From: a virus
Strand: one strand, 5' to 3'
Virus record (IMG/VR): IMGVR_UViG_3300049489_000283
Coordinates: 27,550 to 91,549 of that record
DNA length: 64,000 bases
In this document: positions 38,661 to 48,547 of the stretch, in pieces
Layout: each line of letters starts with the position of its first letter
Position numbering within the stretch: position 1 is the stretch's first letter
Program-made: the position numbers and the translations under genes
The notes under the pieces: generated by a model
The model's database searches: none
What the model saw: only the letters and a program-made list of their open reading frames with translations
Told to the model about the DNA's origin: nothing

Positions 38661-39329
38661 ATGCTTAGCGCTGTGATAGTTGATACGGAAGTCAGTGGTT
38701 TAGTCGGCAAGGAGCCGATCGAGGTCGCCTGGATGGTTTATGGTCCGGGTTGTGTCAACGGAGTGGCGACAGGGAGCCGATTTCGACCCGAAGGGAAGCT
38801 GGAGGCAGGCAGCGTTTTGATTCACGGGATACTTCCGAGCGATTTGGAGTCGAGTCCACCGAGCAAGGATGCTCGGGGATTCGTTCCTGCGGCTGAGTAT
38901 TGGATTGGCCACAACATCGACTTTGACTGGGAGGTGTTGGGGAAGCCGGAGGTGAAGCGGATTTGCACTCTGGCGCTGACGAAGGCGTTGTTTCCTGGGT
39001 TTGGTTCGTATCGTCTTGGGGCGTTGTATTACGAGCGATACGGGATCAGCGAGAAGAGCCGGTTGGCGGTGCGGACAAGTGAGCACGCGGCTGGTGGTGA
39101 CGTGATCCTGGTGGCGCACATCTTGGACTGGATCGCGGAGGCTCACGGCATTTCGGACCCGGCTGCGCTGTGGAAGAAGAGCGAGGAGTCGCGGGTTCCG
39201 GTGTTCATGCCGTTCGGGAAGCACAAGGGTCAGAAGATTGCTGAGCTGCCTGACCACTACCGGAAATGGTGTCTTGGGAACCTGACAGACATCGATGAGT
39301 ATCTAAGAAAGGCTCTTGAAACCGCGTGA
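38661..39329 (+). CDS. DEDDh 3'-5' exonuclease (ExoX-like)
   Basis: 'VDTE', 'GHNIDFD', 'CTL', 'HAAGGDV' and C-terminal 'MPFGKHKG...LPDHYRKW'. Confidence 0.9.
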   Translation: MLSAVIVDTEVSGLVGKEPIEVAWMVYGPGCVNGVATGSRFRPEGKLEAGSVLIHGILPSDLESSPPSKDARGFVPAAEYWIGHNIDFDWEVLGKPEVKRICTLALTKALFPGFGSYRLGALYYERYGISEKSRLAVRTSEHAAGGDVILVAHILDWIAEAHGISDPAALWKKSEESRVPVFMPFGKHKGQKIAELPDHYRKWCLGNLTDIDEYLRKALETA

Positions 39330-39412
39330 TGATCCGTTAGGATTCTCGTTCCCAGCCAGGGGTGTCGGTTATCCGGCTGCGGCAGACGTGGCGCACTCCC
39401 GTGCCTTCCTGC

Positions 39413-39991
39413 CTAAGTTGCGACCTGTGGCTGGGTTTTTTTATGCGCTGACGATGGTCCGAAGTCGGAGTGCTCTTCTTTGGCGTCCACGTAGAGTGTG
39501 GCGAACGCGATCACATCATCGACGGATTCGAGTTCGAGTTTGGCTCGGATGGTGTCCAGGTGCCTCCTGATGTTCCTTTGGGACTGCTTGAGGTACGCGG
39601 CGGCAACTTTGACCGATCTGGTTTCTCCGAGCGCCCAGAGCACGTTCCTGGATGCTTCGGTGAGGTTGCTCATTTCTGCTGGGAATTCGCGAATGACATT
39701 CAGGAACGCCACGTCGTTGGTGCCGACCCACTTCAGATTGCAGATGTAGAATCTGGCCAGCTTTCTGTCGGCTGGATCGACTGGATTTGTCCAGTGGATT
39801 GCGTATCGGTGATGGGTCTTCTTGTGGAAGATTTTCATGATGTGCGACTTCGTCAGCTCTTTCTCTCCGTCGATACACCAGTCCCAGGGATGAGTCCCGA
39901 TGAACGCTGAAGGAGGTGGTAGCGAATCGAGCGAGTCGGTGATCGTGATTATTCGGCAGTCGTTGTCGTGCGAGATGATGTACTGGCGCAT
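39413..39991 (-). CDS. Transcriptional regulator with C-terminal LuxR-type HTH
   Basis: 'LTEASRNVLWALGETRSVKVAAAYLKQSQRNIRRHLDTIRAKLEL'. Confidence 0.75.
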   Translation of the reverse strand: MRQYIISHDNDCRIITITDSLDSLPPPSAFIGTHPWDWCIDGEKELTKSHIMKIFHKKTHHRYAIHWTNPVDPADRKLARFYICNLKWVGTNDVAFLNVIREFPAEMSNLTEASRNVLWALGETRSVKVAAAYLKQSQRNIRRHLDTIRAKLELESVDDVIAFATLYVDAKEEHSDFGPSSAHKKTQPQVAT

Positions 39992-40317
39992 GGTCTCATG
40001 GGGGGTGTAAAAAGTTGACCGGGTTGACCTGCTGCTACTGCGCGTTCAGATATTCTGAGAGCTGACCAGAGGTGTCACGACGTGATTTACAACAGAGGTT
40101 TTCTAGTGGCTTCAAACTGGCCTAGTGTCATGAATCGGTATGACGTTCTGATCCTGGACTCCCAGACGGGCGTGGTTGTGTGGCGAGAAGAGACCAGAGT
40201 TGGTCTTCTTGAGGCCAGCGAGTGGGCCGAGCAGTGGAACGCCGAGAGTAGTCGCCACGTCGCCATTACTTGGCCGAGCCAAGTAATAGCCTGTCTTGAA
40301 TCATTGGACGCAATTCC

Positions 40318-41373
40318 TCAAGAGCGGTTCCGAACCGAAATCGCCTTGGATGCAGATTTGGTCAAATGATCGACGTGTCTATACAGATGACCGTAGTGCC
40401 GATCGATCATCGTGATCGATGTCCCGTGGAGTTCTGCCACGGTTGCTGCATCGACTCCAGAGACCAGTAAGTCGGTGATCGACGTGTGGCGGAATGAGTA
40501 CGCTACACACTCTTTTGGTGCTTTTGCGCGTTTCCGCAGTCGCTCGAACCGTCGGCGGATCTTGGAGTAGGTCCAAGGTTCTTTGTCGTTGGCAAGGAAG
40601 AGCGGCCCGGAAACTCTGCCGTGAGCGTGGATCGCAGCGAGCGTTTGCAGGCATGGAGACGGGTAGATCATCCGTGGCTTGCGTGTCTTGCGGCGGTTCT
40701 TGTGTTCCAGGATCTGCCAAGCAGGCTTCGGGACATCTTCGACCCTGAGCTGCGTGACTTCCCCTGGACGAGCGCCAGAGAGTCGCAGGGCCAGCAGGAT
40801 CGATCTGAATGAGGTGACGCGCCGACGATGAAACCTGGAGTCACCGGATGCCTCCCAGAGCTTCAGGAAGAGGTCTCTGGTGATCATGAAGCTGCGGGGA
40901 TCTCCCTTGGTTACAGAGAGTGAATCGAGCGGGTTCGATTTGACCCGTCCCTCTTTGACGCACCACTGGAGCGCTGACTTGATCGCGGCGGCGGCATGGT
41001 GCCGGGTGTTCTGGCCCCAGGTCGGTTTCGATTGGAGCCAGCCGGTGACGTGATAGGGCCGGAGATCCGAGATCGATACCGTCTCGTTGGCGCCGTGAAC
41101 CAAAAACTCGGCAATGTACTCCCTGCGTCGTACCAGCGTCCCTGGAGACGTGAGCCCGCGCGAGACTCGATCTTCCAGATAGTCGAGGTACATCGACAGC
41201 AGGTAGGCCACAGAGAGGCTCTCTCCTGTGCCTCCCGAGGTGATCTGGTCCCAGACCGTCCAGGCGTCTCGCTCGTTGTTGGCCAGCCAGCGATTGGATT
41301 TCTTCTTGCTTCCTTCGACCGGTACTTTGACGTACCAGCCGTTCCTTGCCTCCCAAAAGAAAGGCTTGCTCAT
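40318..41373 (-). CDS. int: Tyrosine integrase
   Basis: Catalytic motifs 'SGARPGE', 'HKN', 'YSFRHT', 'LHGTSITMIDRHYGH'; true start ATG 41373 (MSKPFFWEARNGWYV) with GAAGGAG RBS. Confidence 0.95.
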   Translation of the reverse strand: MSKPFFWEARNGWYVKVPVEGSKKKSNRWLANNERDAWTVWDQITSGGTGESLSVAYLLSMYLDYLEDRVSRGLTSPGTLVRRREYIAEFLVHGANETVSISDLRPYHVTGWLQSKPTWGQNTRHHAAAAIKSALQWCVKEGRVKSNPLDSLSVTKGDPRSFMITRDLFLKLWEASGDSRFHRRRVTSFRSILLALRLSGARPGEVTQLRVEDVPKPAWQILEHKNRRKTRKPRMIYPSPCLQTLAAIHAHGRVSGPLFLANDKEPWTYSKIRRRFERLRKRAKAPKECVAYSFRHTSITDLLVSGVDAATVAELHGTSITMIDRHYGHLYRHVDHLTKSASKAISVRNRS

Positions 41374-41392
41374 CTGAATCTCCTTCAAGCAG

Positions 41393-41466
41393 TGGGCGAT
41401 GCAGAACTCGAATCTGCGACCTTCCCGGTGTGAACGGGATGTTCTGGCCAACTGAACTAATCGCCC
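41393..41466 (-). tRNA. tRNA-Val (CAC)
   Basis: Reverse complement folds as GGGCGAT-TA-GTTC/GAAC D arm-TCCCG TT CAC AC CGGGA-AGGTC-GCAGA TTCGAGT TCTGC-ATCGCCC-A; CCA not encoded. Confidence 0.95.
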
Positions 41467-41492
41467 TTTCGTGGCCGTCCTCCGGACTCCGC

Positions 41493-41695
41493 TGATACCG
41501 TTTTTGGTATCACTCCGGAAAGCTGCCTCGTTTCAACCAATGATTTGCCGCTGTTTTTGCGTGTGGACTAGCCGGTGTGAACGACAGTGCCACAGCGACT
41601 GACGCGGCGATTTACGTGGTTTTTGGTGGGCAAAGTTGCTCAGAAAGGCTCATCTCGGGAGCCATTATGACCCGTTTGATACTATTTTGGTATCA
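41493..41695. other. Putative attP: 12-bp core ccggtgtgaacg (41572-41583) flanked by two TGATAC-N-TTTTGGTATCAC palindromic sites (41493-41512, 41677-41695)
   Basis: Core is identical to the tRNA anticodon stem-loop (41425-41436); lies between xis and int. Confidence 0.65.
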
Positions 41696-41961
41696 CGGGA
41701 TCGCTTCTTTTCGATCGCGGCAATGAGACTCTCGCTGAGTCGAGACCTGCTGTGTCGTCGCGGCACAGCGATCGGCTGGATGTCGGGGGTGCGACAGTTG
41801 CGGGCCAGGAATTCGTCCAGCCATTCACGGCGAAACCTGTAGGGCGACTTGCTTGTCACTCGGGAGTGCTGGACCATCCCCAGGCGGCAAAAGCGGCTGA
41901 GACTTTTAACCGAATAGCCGACGTACCTTGCGGCGTCTTGCGTTGATAGCCAGTCCGACAT
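41665..41961 (-). CDS. xis: Excisionase-type HTH protein
   Basis: 'WLSTQDAARYVGYSVKSL...YRFRREWLDEFL'. Confidence 0.8.
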   Translation of the reverse strand: MSDWLSTQDAARYVGYSVKSLSRFCRLGMVQHSRVTSKSPYRFRREWLDEFLARNCRTPDIQPIAVPRRHSRSRLSESLIAAIEKKRSRDTKIVSNGS

Positions 41962-42020
41962 CGTGAACTCCCGTTTGCTTCCGGGAAGTGTCGCGATTTC
42001 TCAGAGAAAATCCAGAGGGT

Positions 42021-42272
42021 TCATTGTTCGTTCTTCCGGATTTTCTCTCGAATTTCCTGTTGCCTTTCGAAAACCTCGTACTGAGAAACTAGCTTTTGGC
42101 TGTACTCGTCCAGCTTTTCGACCGTGTGAAAGAAGGTTCCAGCGTTGGCGCTGAATGACTTCCAGCCCTTGGCCGACATGGCGTTTCTGAGTTTCCGTAG
42201 CCGTGCCGCGACCTCCATGATCTGATCTTCACAGCCGAGGATGTTTTCGGCACTCACCTTTTGGATTGCCAT
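42021..42272 (-). CDS. Hypothetical helical protein
   Basis: 83-aa ORF upstream of xis. Confidence 0.55.
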   Translation of the reverse strand: MAIQKVSAENILGCEDQIMEVAARLRKLRNAMSAKGWKSFSANAGTFFHTVEKLDEYSQKLVSQYEVFERQQEIREKIRKNEQ

Positions 42273-42588
42273 ACAAGCCTCTGTTGCTATGTCCGAATTA
42301 GCTCGGGAAACCTCAGAGAAATCTGTTGACTTTCTCTGAGAGTTTGCCCAAGATTCTCCGGGCGTTGGGGGAGATCAACGAGTCAATGCTATCGCGGACA
42401 GTCGAAGAAAGCCAACAGTAATGGCGAACCGCAGGCAATTCCTCACGATTTCCTTGGACACGTCCATCCGAGCCACCACGGGAGTTTCTTGAGGTTGGTG
42501 GCTTGGCGTGGGTGGGATGTCGCAACTCTTTCCACCATGCCGCGACGAGACGGCGGCTTTTCTTCTTTCAACCCTGGAGTCTTGCCTT

Positions 42589-44043
42589 ATGGAATTGGTC
42601 ATCGATCCCGGTTTTGCGTCTCAGCTTGCTTTGTTGTCGGAACGGGAGCTGGCGCAGCTTGAGGAAAAAGTCTTGCTGGAAGGGGTCCAGTCCCCGCTGA
42701 TTTACTGGGTGAATGAAGCTGGCGAGAAGGTGCTTGTGGACGGGCACAACCGCTACGCGGTCTGCCAGCGTCATGGCTTGGGTTTCGAGACGAAGGGCAT
42801 CACGGAGATCGCTCCGGGTGTCGTGACGCGGGAGGACGTTGAGGAGTGGATCGACAAGAACCAGATCGCTCGAAGGAACCTTACGCCGGGCCAGTTCGAG
42901 ATGGTGATAGGCCGGGTTTACAATCGGAGGAAATCGGGACACGGTGGTGTCCGCTGGGATGGACCAACCAGCAAAAACACGGGAGAAAACGAGCAAGAGG
43001 GATCAAGTTGCCAGAGTGGCAACTTGATGCCCGAGACCGGAAGTGAAGCGGCTTCGAAGTCCAAGCCGAAGGCCGATCCGAGGCGGAAAGCTGAAGAGGT
43101 CGCCAGCGAGATGGGCGTCAACCAGAGAAAGGTGATCCGGAGCGCCAAGCGGGCCGAGGTCGCCGACATCCTGAAGGACGCTGGCGAGGCGGATGCAGCG
43201 AATTTCGTGGTCAACATGCCACAGAAGGACATCACGGACGACTGGAACCGGGCGCATGAACTCCACAAGGATGGTCGCGCCATCAGGATGGCAATCGTCG
43301 AGATGATCCTGGGCCGCTACGAGCGGCACCTGAAGGCCGAGGAGAAGAAGGCGGCTGGTCCACCGGCGCCAAAGGCCGAGAAGGAGGAGGCTCCGGTCAA
43401 GGCGAAGGATCTCCAGAAGGACGTGAAGCCGATCAAGAAGCAAGAGGCTGGGGAGTTGTTGCTCCGGCTGCGCCACTCAGATCCGAAGGTCATCCAGTAC
43501 CTGTACGCGGCGCTCTCGAAGGAGGAGGCGATCGTGGGGACACCGCTGAACGGGAAGGAGCTGGCTGACCTGTCGAACCGGATCAAGGCGGCGCAGCAGT
43601 CGGTGAAGGTCTCGCTGTTTAACTCGGTTGTCCGCGATCCAGGTGACACGCTGGTCACTCATGTGAAGAGATGGTGCCGGGAGACGTTCGGGGAGAAGAC
43701 GAAGATCGCAACGTGGCCGACGCTTCAGGAGGTGGAAGCCTACGCGGTTGGTCGGATCAAGGATGAGAAGAAGGCCAAGGCGATCGCAGCTAGCTTCTGG
43801 AACCACTACGAGTCAACCGGGTGGAAACAGGGGAAAGAGCATCCACAGCCGATCAAGAGTTGGGTCGCCACTTTCAACAAGCATCAGAAGCGGATGATCG
43901 AGTGGCACGAGCGAGACTTGAAGGAAGAGCGAGCCAAGAATCCGGCGGCGATCAACAACGATGACTTCGCGATGCCACGAGGGTTCAATAAGCCGGGTGA
44001 AAAGAGGGACATTCCGAGGAGACCCGCGAACGTCGGCGGCTGA
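42589..44043 (+). CDS. ParB-like N-terminal domain fused to a replication-initiator-like C-terminus
   Basis: 'LLEGVQSPL...LVDGHNRY...NQIARRNLT'; C-terminal 'PTLQEVEAY...FWNHYESTGWKQG...IKSW'; directly upstream of the helicase. Confidence 0.7.
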   Translation: MELVIDPGFASQLALLSERELAQLEEKVLLEGVQSPLIYWVNEAGEKVLVDGHNRYAVCQRHGLGFETKGITEIAPGVVTREDVEEWIDKNQIARRNLTPGQFEMVIGRVYNRRKSGHGGVRWDGPTSKNTGENEQEGSSCQSGNLMPETGSEAASKSKPKADPRRKAEEVASEMGVNQRKVIRSAKRAEVADILKDAGEADAANFVVNMPQKDITDDWNRAHELHKDGRAIRMAIVEMILGRYERHLKAEEKKAAGPPAPKAEKEEAPVKAKDLQKDVKPIKKQEAGELLLRLRHSDPKVIQYLYAALSKEEAIVGTPLNGKELADLSNRIKAAQQSVKVSLFNSVVRDPGDTLVTHVKRWCRETFGEKTKIATWPTLQEVEAYAVGRIKDEKKAKAIAASFWNHYESTGWKQGKEHPQPIKSWVATFNKHQKRMIEWHERDLKEERAKNPAAINNDDFAMPRGFNKPGEKRDIPRRPANVGG

Positions 44044-44092
44044 TCTGATCGACTGCTCGTTGTATTCTGTTTCGTGACACTTTGGAGATGAA

Positions 44093-45436
44093 GTGATGTT
44101 GAGGGAGACGGTACGTCGCAGCGATGCGACGAGGGACATCGATTCGGAAGAGGCACTGCTTGGGTCGTTGATCCTCGACCCAGGCGGCATGGTCTATGTG
44201 GATTCGAAGATCGAAAGGAGGGACTTCTCGTCGGACGCTTGTGGCAAGCTCTATACTGCCATCAAGATGCTGTTTGATGCGAGAAAGCCGTTTGGTGACA
44301 TGGTCATTTTGGTCAGCCATCTCAAGCAGGTTGGCGACTTCGAGAAGGTCGGTGGCTTGGCATATATCGCCAAGCTGACCAGCACGGTAGTCCCGTATAA
44401 TGTGGAATTCTATGTCGAGAATATTTTGCGAGCCTCTCGGCTGCGTGAGATCGACAAGGTGATGAGGGAGGTTATCGAAGCGATTCATGATCACGATGGC
44501 GACGAGCCGCCGGAGCCAGATACCGTGATTCAATTGCTAGATGCAAAGATCAGTGGCGTTGGTCTCCGGCGATCTAATTCTGTGGCAGCAACCCTGCGCC
44601 AATTGGGTGAGCAGCGACTTCAATTGATTGTTCGCAAGAGACACACGAGCGATCAGCCTGCGGAAACTGCCATTGTTCCGACTGGAGTTTTGGCGATCGA
44701 TAATCGATATGGTGGATTTCGATCGACAAACAATGTTGTGATTGCAGCGAGAAGCGGGGAAGGTAAGTCTGCGCTGGCGAAGCAGATTGCTGGCGCGATG
44801 TCTTATCGCGGGTTGAATGTTCGATTTGTAAGCCTTGAGATGTCAGCAAGCGAAGTGAGCGATCGCGTGCTTGCCGAGAGAAGTGGGGTGAATGGTAAGT
44901 ACATATCAAGCGGTGACGTTTCGGTGGAAGAGGAGATGGCCATTTGCGATGTCGTTGAGTCGTGTGAGTCAAATCTGGTGATCGATGCTCCGATCGGCAA
45001 AGATGCGACCTGGGAACGTATCGCGTCAGAGGCCCGGCTACAGAAAGCCACCAAGGGGCTGGACGTGTTGGTGATCGACTACATCCAACTGGTGGCCAAG
45101 TCGGATCAGCGGACGAGCGATTACGATCACCTGACCAGGGTGAGCCACGAGATCAAGCAGCTTGCCAGGGAGCTGGGGATCATCACGCTTACGCTGTCCC
45201 AATTGAACCGGGCGGCGGACTCCGGAGGTGAGAAGCGGCGACCACGATTGTCGGACTTGTCGAGCGCCAGCGCGATCGGCAACGATGCTGACGTGGTTCT
45301 GTTTCTCCACCGCGACGACGACGCCAGTCGCAATTTTTGGCTAATTGTTGGGAAATGGAGGGGAGACAGCCCAGGGGCTTTTGAAGTAAGATTAGACGGA
45401 GCTAGGACAAGATTCCTCGACCGGGAAGATTCTTAG
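44093..45436 (+). CDS. dnaB: Replicative DNA helicase (DnaB family)
   Basis: 'EEALLGSLI', Walker A 'AARSGEGKS', 'SLEMS', 'VIDYIQL', 'LSQLNR', 'DADVVLFLHR'. Confidence 0.95.
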   Translation: MMLRETVRRSDATRDIDSEEALLGSLILDPGGMVYVDSKIERRDFSSDACGKLYTAIKMLFDARKPFGDMVILVSHLKQVGDFEKVGGLAYIAKLTSTVVPYNVEFYVENILRASRLREIDKVMREVIEAIHDHDGDEPPEPDTVIQLLDAKISGVGLRRSNSVAATLRQLGEQRLQLIVRKRHTSDQPAETAIVPTGVLAIDNRYGGFRSTNNVVIAARSGEGKSALAKQIAGAMSYRGLNVRFVSLEMSASEVSDRVLAERSGVNGKYISSGDVSVEEEMAICDVVESCESNLVIDAPIGKDATWERIASEARLQKATKGLDVLVIDYIQLVAKSDQRTSDYDHLTRVSHEIKQLARELGIITLTLSQLNRAADSGGEKRRPRLSDLSSASAIGNDADVVLFLHRDDDASRNFWLIVGKWRGDSPGAFEVRLDGARTRFLDREDS

Positions 45437-45444
45437 TTTTTTTC

Positions 45445-45474
45445 GCGCCCTGTCATTCGACGATTTTGGGCCAG
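45445..45474 (+). promoter_or_regulatory. GCGCCC-N19-GCC variant motif upstream of the recombination genes
   Basis: gcgccc tgtcattcgacgattttgg gccag. Confidence 0.6.
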
Positions 45475-45530
45475 TGATTCAAGACGAAGCCGCAAACTTC
45501 GGTTTGGATTCCAACAAACGGGAGATTCTG

Positions 45531-46514
45531 ATGATTCAAAAGTTAGGCGCCGTGTCGCCAGAAGTGTCGCCAGTTCCTGGTTCCGACGGGTATAGCTACC
45601 ACCACGACTACAGTCGCGTTTCGGCTTCGATGCTGAAGGTGTTCATGCACTCTCGCCGAGAGTATGAGGCGACGTTCGTGACACGCACGATGGAACCGGA
45701 GGGGATGAATAAGGCGATGTCGGTGGGTGATCTCTGCCATGCGATCATCCTGGATAACGCGGCGGTCGATGAGCATGTCTTGCGCTATCCGGAATGGTGC
45801 TACCAGAAGAACGGCAGAAGTCTCGCTGGCGCTTGGTCAAGCAAGGTCGATGGAATCGTCGAACGGCTTAACGGCGGCGAACCATTGGCTGAGATCGCGG
45901 CAGACAAAGAGTATGAGAAGATCAATGACAGCCTGTGGGAGGATCTTGCTTCGCGCAAGAAGTTCCCGCGAATGGCAATGAAGGACGAAGACATTGATCG
46001 ATGTCTTGCGATTGTCGAAGTGTTCAGGCGTCAGAAGTGGGCTAAGGATTTGACGGAGAGCCCGCTGAGCATTGCCGAGAAAGATCTGTTTTGGGTCGAT
46101 CAGGCGACTGGCTTGGAGTGTCGCTGCCGACCGGACTTCATGATCCCAACTCTCGACAAGACTTGGTTTTTCGATTTGAAGATCACGATTAACTGGACTC
46201 CAGAGGACTTCGACAAATACCTGTCTGGCAGACGATTCGGCGGACAGCGTGGATGGGTGCAAGCGATGCACTACTCGAATGGAATCGAGACGCTGTACGG
46301 CAATCCGTCAGAGATGCGGTTCATTTGTTTGAATCCGCAGTATCCACATCAGGTTTGTGTCAATGAGTTGCCGGACAATCTGATTGATGAATGTCGGCGT
46401 CAGTATCGGAAGATCATGACCGACGTGGCTGAGTGCAAGCTGTCTGGTAACTGGGCTGACACCAGTGAAGGCGTTAGGAATTTTTCGACGATTGGTCCAT
46501 GGGATTTAGTCTAA
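45531..46514 (+). CDS. RecE-like PD-(D/E)XK exonuclease
   Basis: 'YH...VSASMLK', 'G.L.HAIIL', 'TGLECRCRPD', 'FDLK', 'QAMHY'; next to RecT. Confidence 0.85.
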   Translation: MIQKLGAVSPEVSPVPGSDGYSYHHDYSRVSASMLKVFMHSRREYEATFVTRTMEPEGMNKAMSVGDLCHAIILDNAAVDEHVLRYPEWCYQKNGRSLAGAWSSKVDGIVERLNGGEPLAEIAADKEYEKINDSLWEDLASRKKFPRMAMKDEDIDRCLAIVEVFRRQKWAKDLTESPLSIAEKDLFWVDQATGLECRCRPDFMIPTLDKTWFFDLKITINWTPEDFDKYLSGRRFGGQRGWVQAMHYSNGIETLYGNPSEMRFICLNPQYPHQVCVNELPDNLIDECRRQYRKIMTDVAECKLSGNWADTSEGVRNFSTIGPWDLV

Positions 46515-46525
46515 GGGAGACACTG

Positions 46526-47413
46526 ATGAGCAAAGATATTTCGACGATTCTTAGCAAGGAGTCGAGCGTTGAAGCGGTTCGTAGCATGTTGCCTTCTTGC
46601 TACAAGGATTTCGCTGATCGATTCATTCAGCGGGCGAAGCTGACGTTTGCCGTCAGCAAGTCTCGCGCGAAGCTGGCTCAGTGCGATCCAAGGTCGGTCG
46701 TTCAGGCGATCTGCGTGGCGGCTGAGTATGGGTTCGCGCTTGACGACAAGTTCGTCTACGCGATCCCGTACCTCAATAAACAGAAAGATCCGGTCACGGG
46801 CAGAGACACTCAGGTGATGGAGTGCCAAGCGACGTTCGACTACAAGGCTTTGGTCGCGGTAGCGCGGCGTCACGGGCTGGTGCTCGACCTTCGCGCGCAG
46901 GAGGTGTGTGAGAAGGATGACTTTGATTACTGTGACGAAGACTTCACGCAGCGGTACCGATTCAGGAAAGCCATCGGAGAGCGAGGAGCGATCGTCGGCG
47001 CCTACGCGGTGGTGTCGTTCCCGAACGGCGGCCATCGCTTTGAGCACATGGCGATCGACGAGCTGAAGAAGGTGCGGGCAGCGTCCAAGAGTCCTGATAG
47101 TCCCGCGTGGCTCAATTGGGAGAACCGGATGTTTTGCAAGGCGGTGGCGAAGCGAGCGCTTACTTACGTGCAAGACAATCCGACGCTGGGCGAGTTGATC
47201 AACTACGACAACCTGGACTACGACATGGACAAGGTTGTCGAGGCAGTTTCGTCTCGGTCTCTCGAAGACCTGACGAGGGAGATCCATGAGTCGGTGAGCA
47301 ACACTCAGAAGCTGAACGTGATCGGGGAAATGGGTGGAGTTCCCCCCGCCGTTCCGTCGCCAGAGGAGCTGGCTGAGATCTATGCGATGGAGTCGGGAAA
47401 CACAGTGAATTGA
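46526..47413 (+). CDS. recT: RecT-family single-strand annealing protein
   Basis: 'YAIPY', 'DYKAL', 'IVGAYAV', 'SPAW...W...MFCKAVAKRA'. Confidence 0.9.
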   Translation: MSKDISTILSKESSVEAVRSMLPSCYKDFADRFIQRAKLTFAVSKSRAKLAQCDPRSVVQAICVAAEYGFALDDKFVYAIPYLNKQKDPVTGRDTQVMECQATFDYKALVAVARRHGLVLDLRAQEVCEKDDFDYCDEDFTQRYRFRKAIGERGAIVGAYAVVSFPNGGHRFEHMAIDELKKVRAASKSPDSPAWLNWENRMFCKAVAKRALTYVQDNPTLGELINYDNLDYDMDKVVEAVSSRSLEDLTREIHESVSNTQKLNVIGEMGGVPPAVPSPEELAEIYAMESGNTVN

Positions 47414-47457
47414 TTATGTTCGCGAAACAGATTTCGTGAACATCGGAGGCCAGGAAA

Positions 47458-48543
47458 GTGAAGATAGCAACGGATCAATTCGAGAGCGGGATTCAGTACC
47501 TGTCTGGGTTTGCTGACAGGGACAGCTCCGTGCTGTTTACTCCGCTCTCGGCTGGGTCGCTCGTGATCGCGTCGGTGGTCGGTCAGGTCGGACAGGGTGA
47601 ATACCTGTTTCGGCCTACCGAGCCGCTTGCTGAGAGGTTTGCCGTCAGGGCATCAACGATCGCGTCGATCGCTGCCGTCGCTAGCGGTGATGATGTTGAA
47701 TATCGCCCAGGAAGCAGCTCGATGTTTGTGAGCGGATCGGCTTCGTGGTGGGTTCCGTATGTCAGTATCGACGAGGTGCCTCCTCGCATGGATGTCGATC
47801 CGGAGTCGTGGGTCAGTCTCGACGGCAAGTCGATCAAGTGGCTGTCGATGATGCGGGTCACGGTCTGCGATAAGGACCAGACTGGAGTTCTCGACTGTGT
47901 GCTTCTGGACGTAAAGGCCAATCAGGATGGTCGGTCTGGTCGCCGTACCTGGGTGTCGTGTGATCGAGCCGCGATGCTGGTCGTGGACACCAAGGACGTA
48001 GACTGCTCTCACTCAGTCAAGCTGCTGATCGAGGGGCGGTTGATTCCGCTGATCATGGCTACGTGCGAGAGCGGATCTGCTGTCGAGATCAGGGTTGGCA
48101 TTAGCCGGTACTCGGTCCAGTGTGGCAAGAGGACCGCTACCTTTGGCCTGCGGCGCGGAGTGTATCCCCGTGAGTGGGTCCGGGTCCACGAGTCAACGAG
48201 CAAGATGTCACTGGCTGGTCATCACGCTGCGATTGTTTCGCGCGAGTCGCTTTGGCAGGCCGTGCGGCAGAGTGGCGCGTCCCGTGGTGCCGTGGAGATC
48301 TCTACGGACTATCGCGGAGTCGTGGTCAGGTCGGCGGAAGAAGAGATTGAATCTGAGATCGTGATCGCGTCAGAGGTGCTCCCTGGTCTTGGCCCGGTCG
48401 TGATCAAGGGGTCGTACGCTCGAAGGCTGTCGGAGTTGTGGCCCAGTGAGCGGATCGAGATCTACAGCAGCGATTCGAAGAGCCCGGTGGTTTTGCGTGG
48501 AGGCGCTGCGGTCGCTGTCGTTCAGCCTTTAGTAAGGAGCTAG
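47458..48543 (+). CDS. Divergent DNA polymerase III beta-clamp-like protein
   Basis: 361 aa; 'LDCVLL...WVSCDRAAM', 'GVYP..W', C-terminal 'SPVVL...AVVQPLV' parallel the clamp pattern. Confidence 0.55.
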   Translation: MKIATDQFESGIQYLSGFADRDSSVLFTPLSAGSLVIASVVGQVGQGEYLFRPTEPLAERFAVRASTIASIAAVASGDDVEYRPGSSSMFVSGSASWWVPYVSIDEVPPRMDVDPESWVSLDGKSIKWLSMMRVTVCDKDQTGVLDCVLLDVKANQDGRSGRRTWVSCDRAAMLVVDTKDVDCSHSVKLLIEGRLIPLIMATCESGSAVEIRVGISRYSVQCGKRTATFGLRRGVYPREWVRVHESTSKMSLAGHHAAIVSRESLWQAVRQSGASRGAVEISTDYRGVVVRSAEEEIESEIVIASEVLPGLGPVVIKGSYARRLSELWPSERIEIYSSDSKSPVVLRGGAAVAVVQPLVRS

Positions 48544-48547
48544 TTTG

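Noticed and set aside
41374-41451. N-terminal extension of the integrase ORF (MARTSRSHREG...)
   Set aside because: It is the tRNA-Val sequence read in frame; a good RBS precedes ATG 41373.
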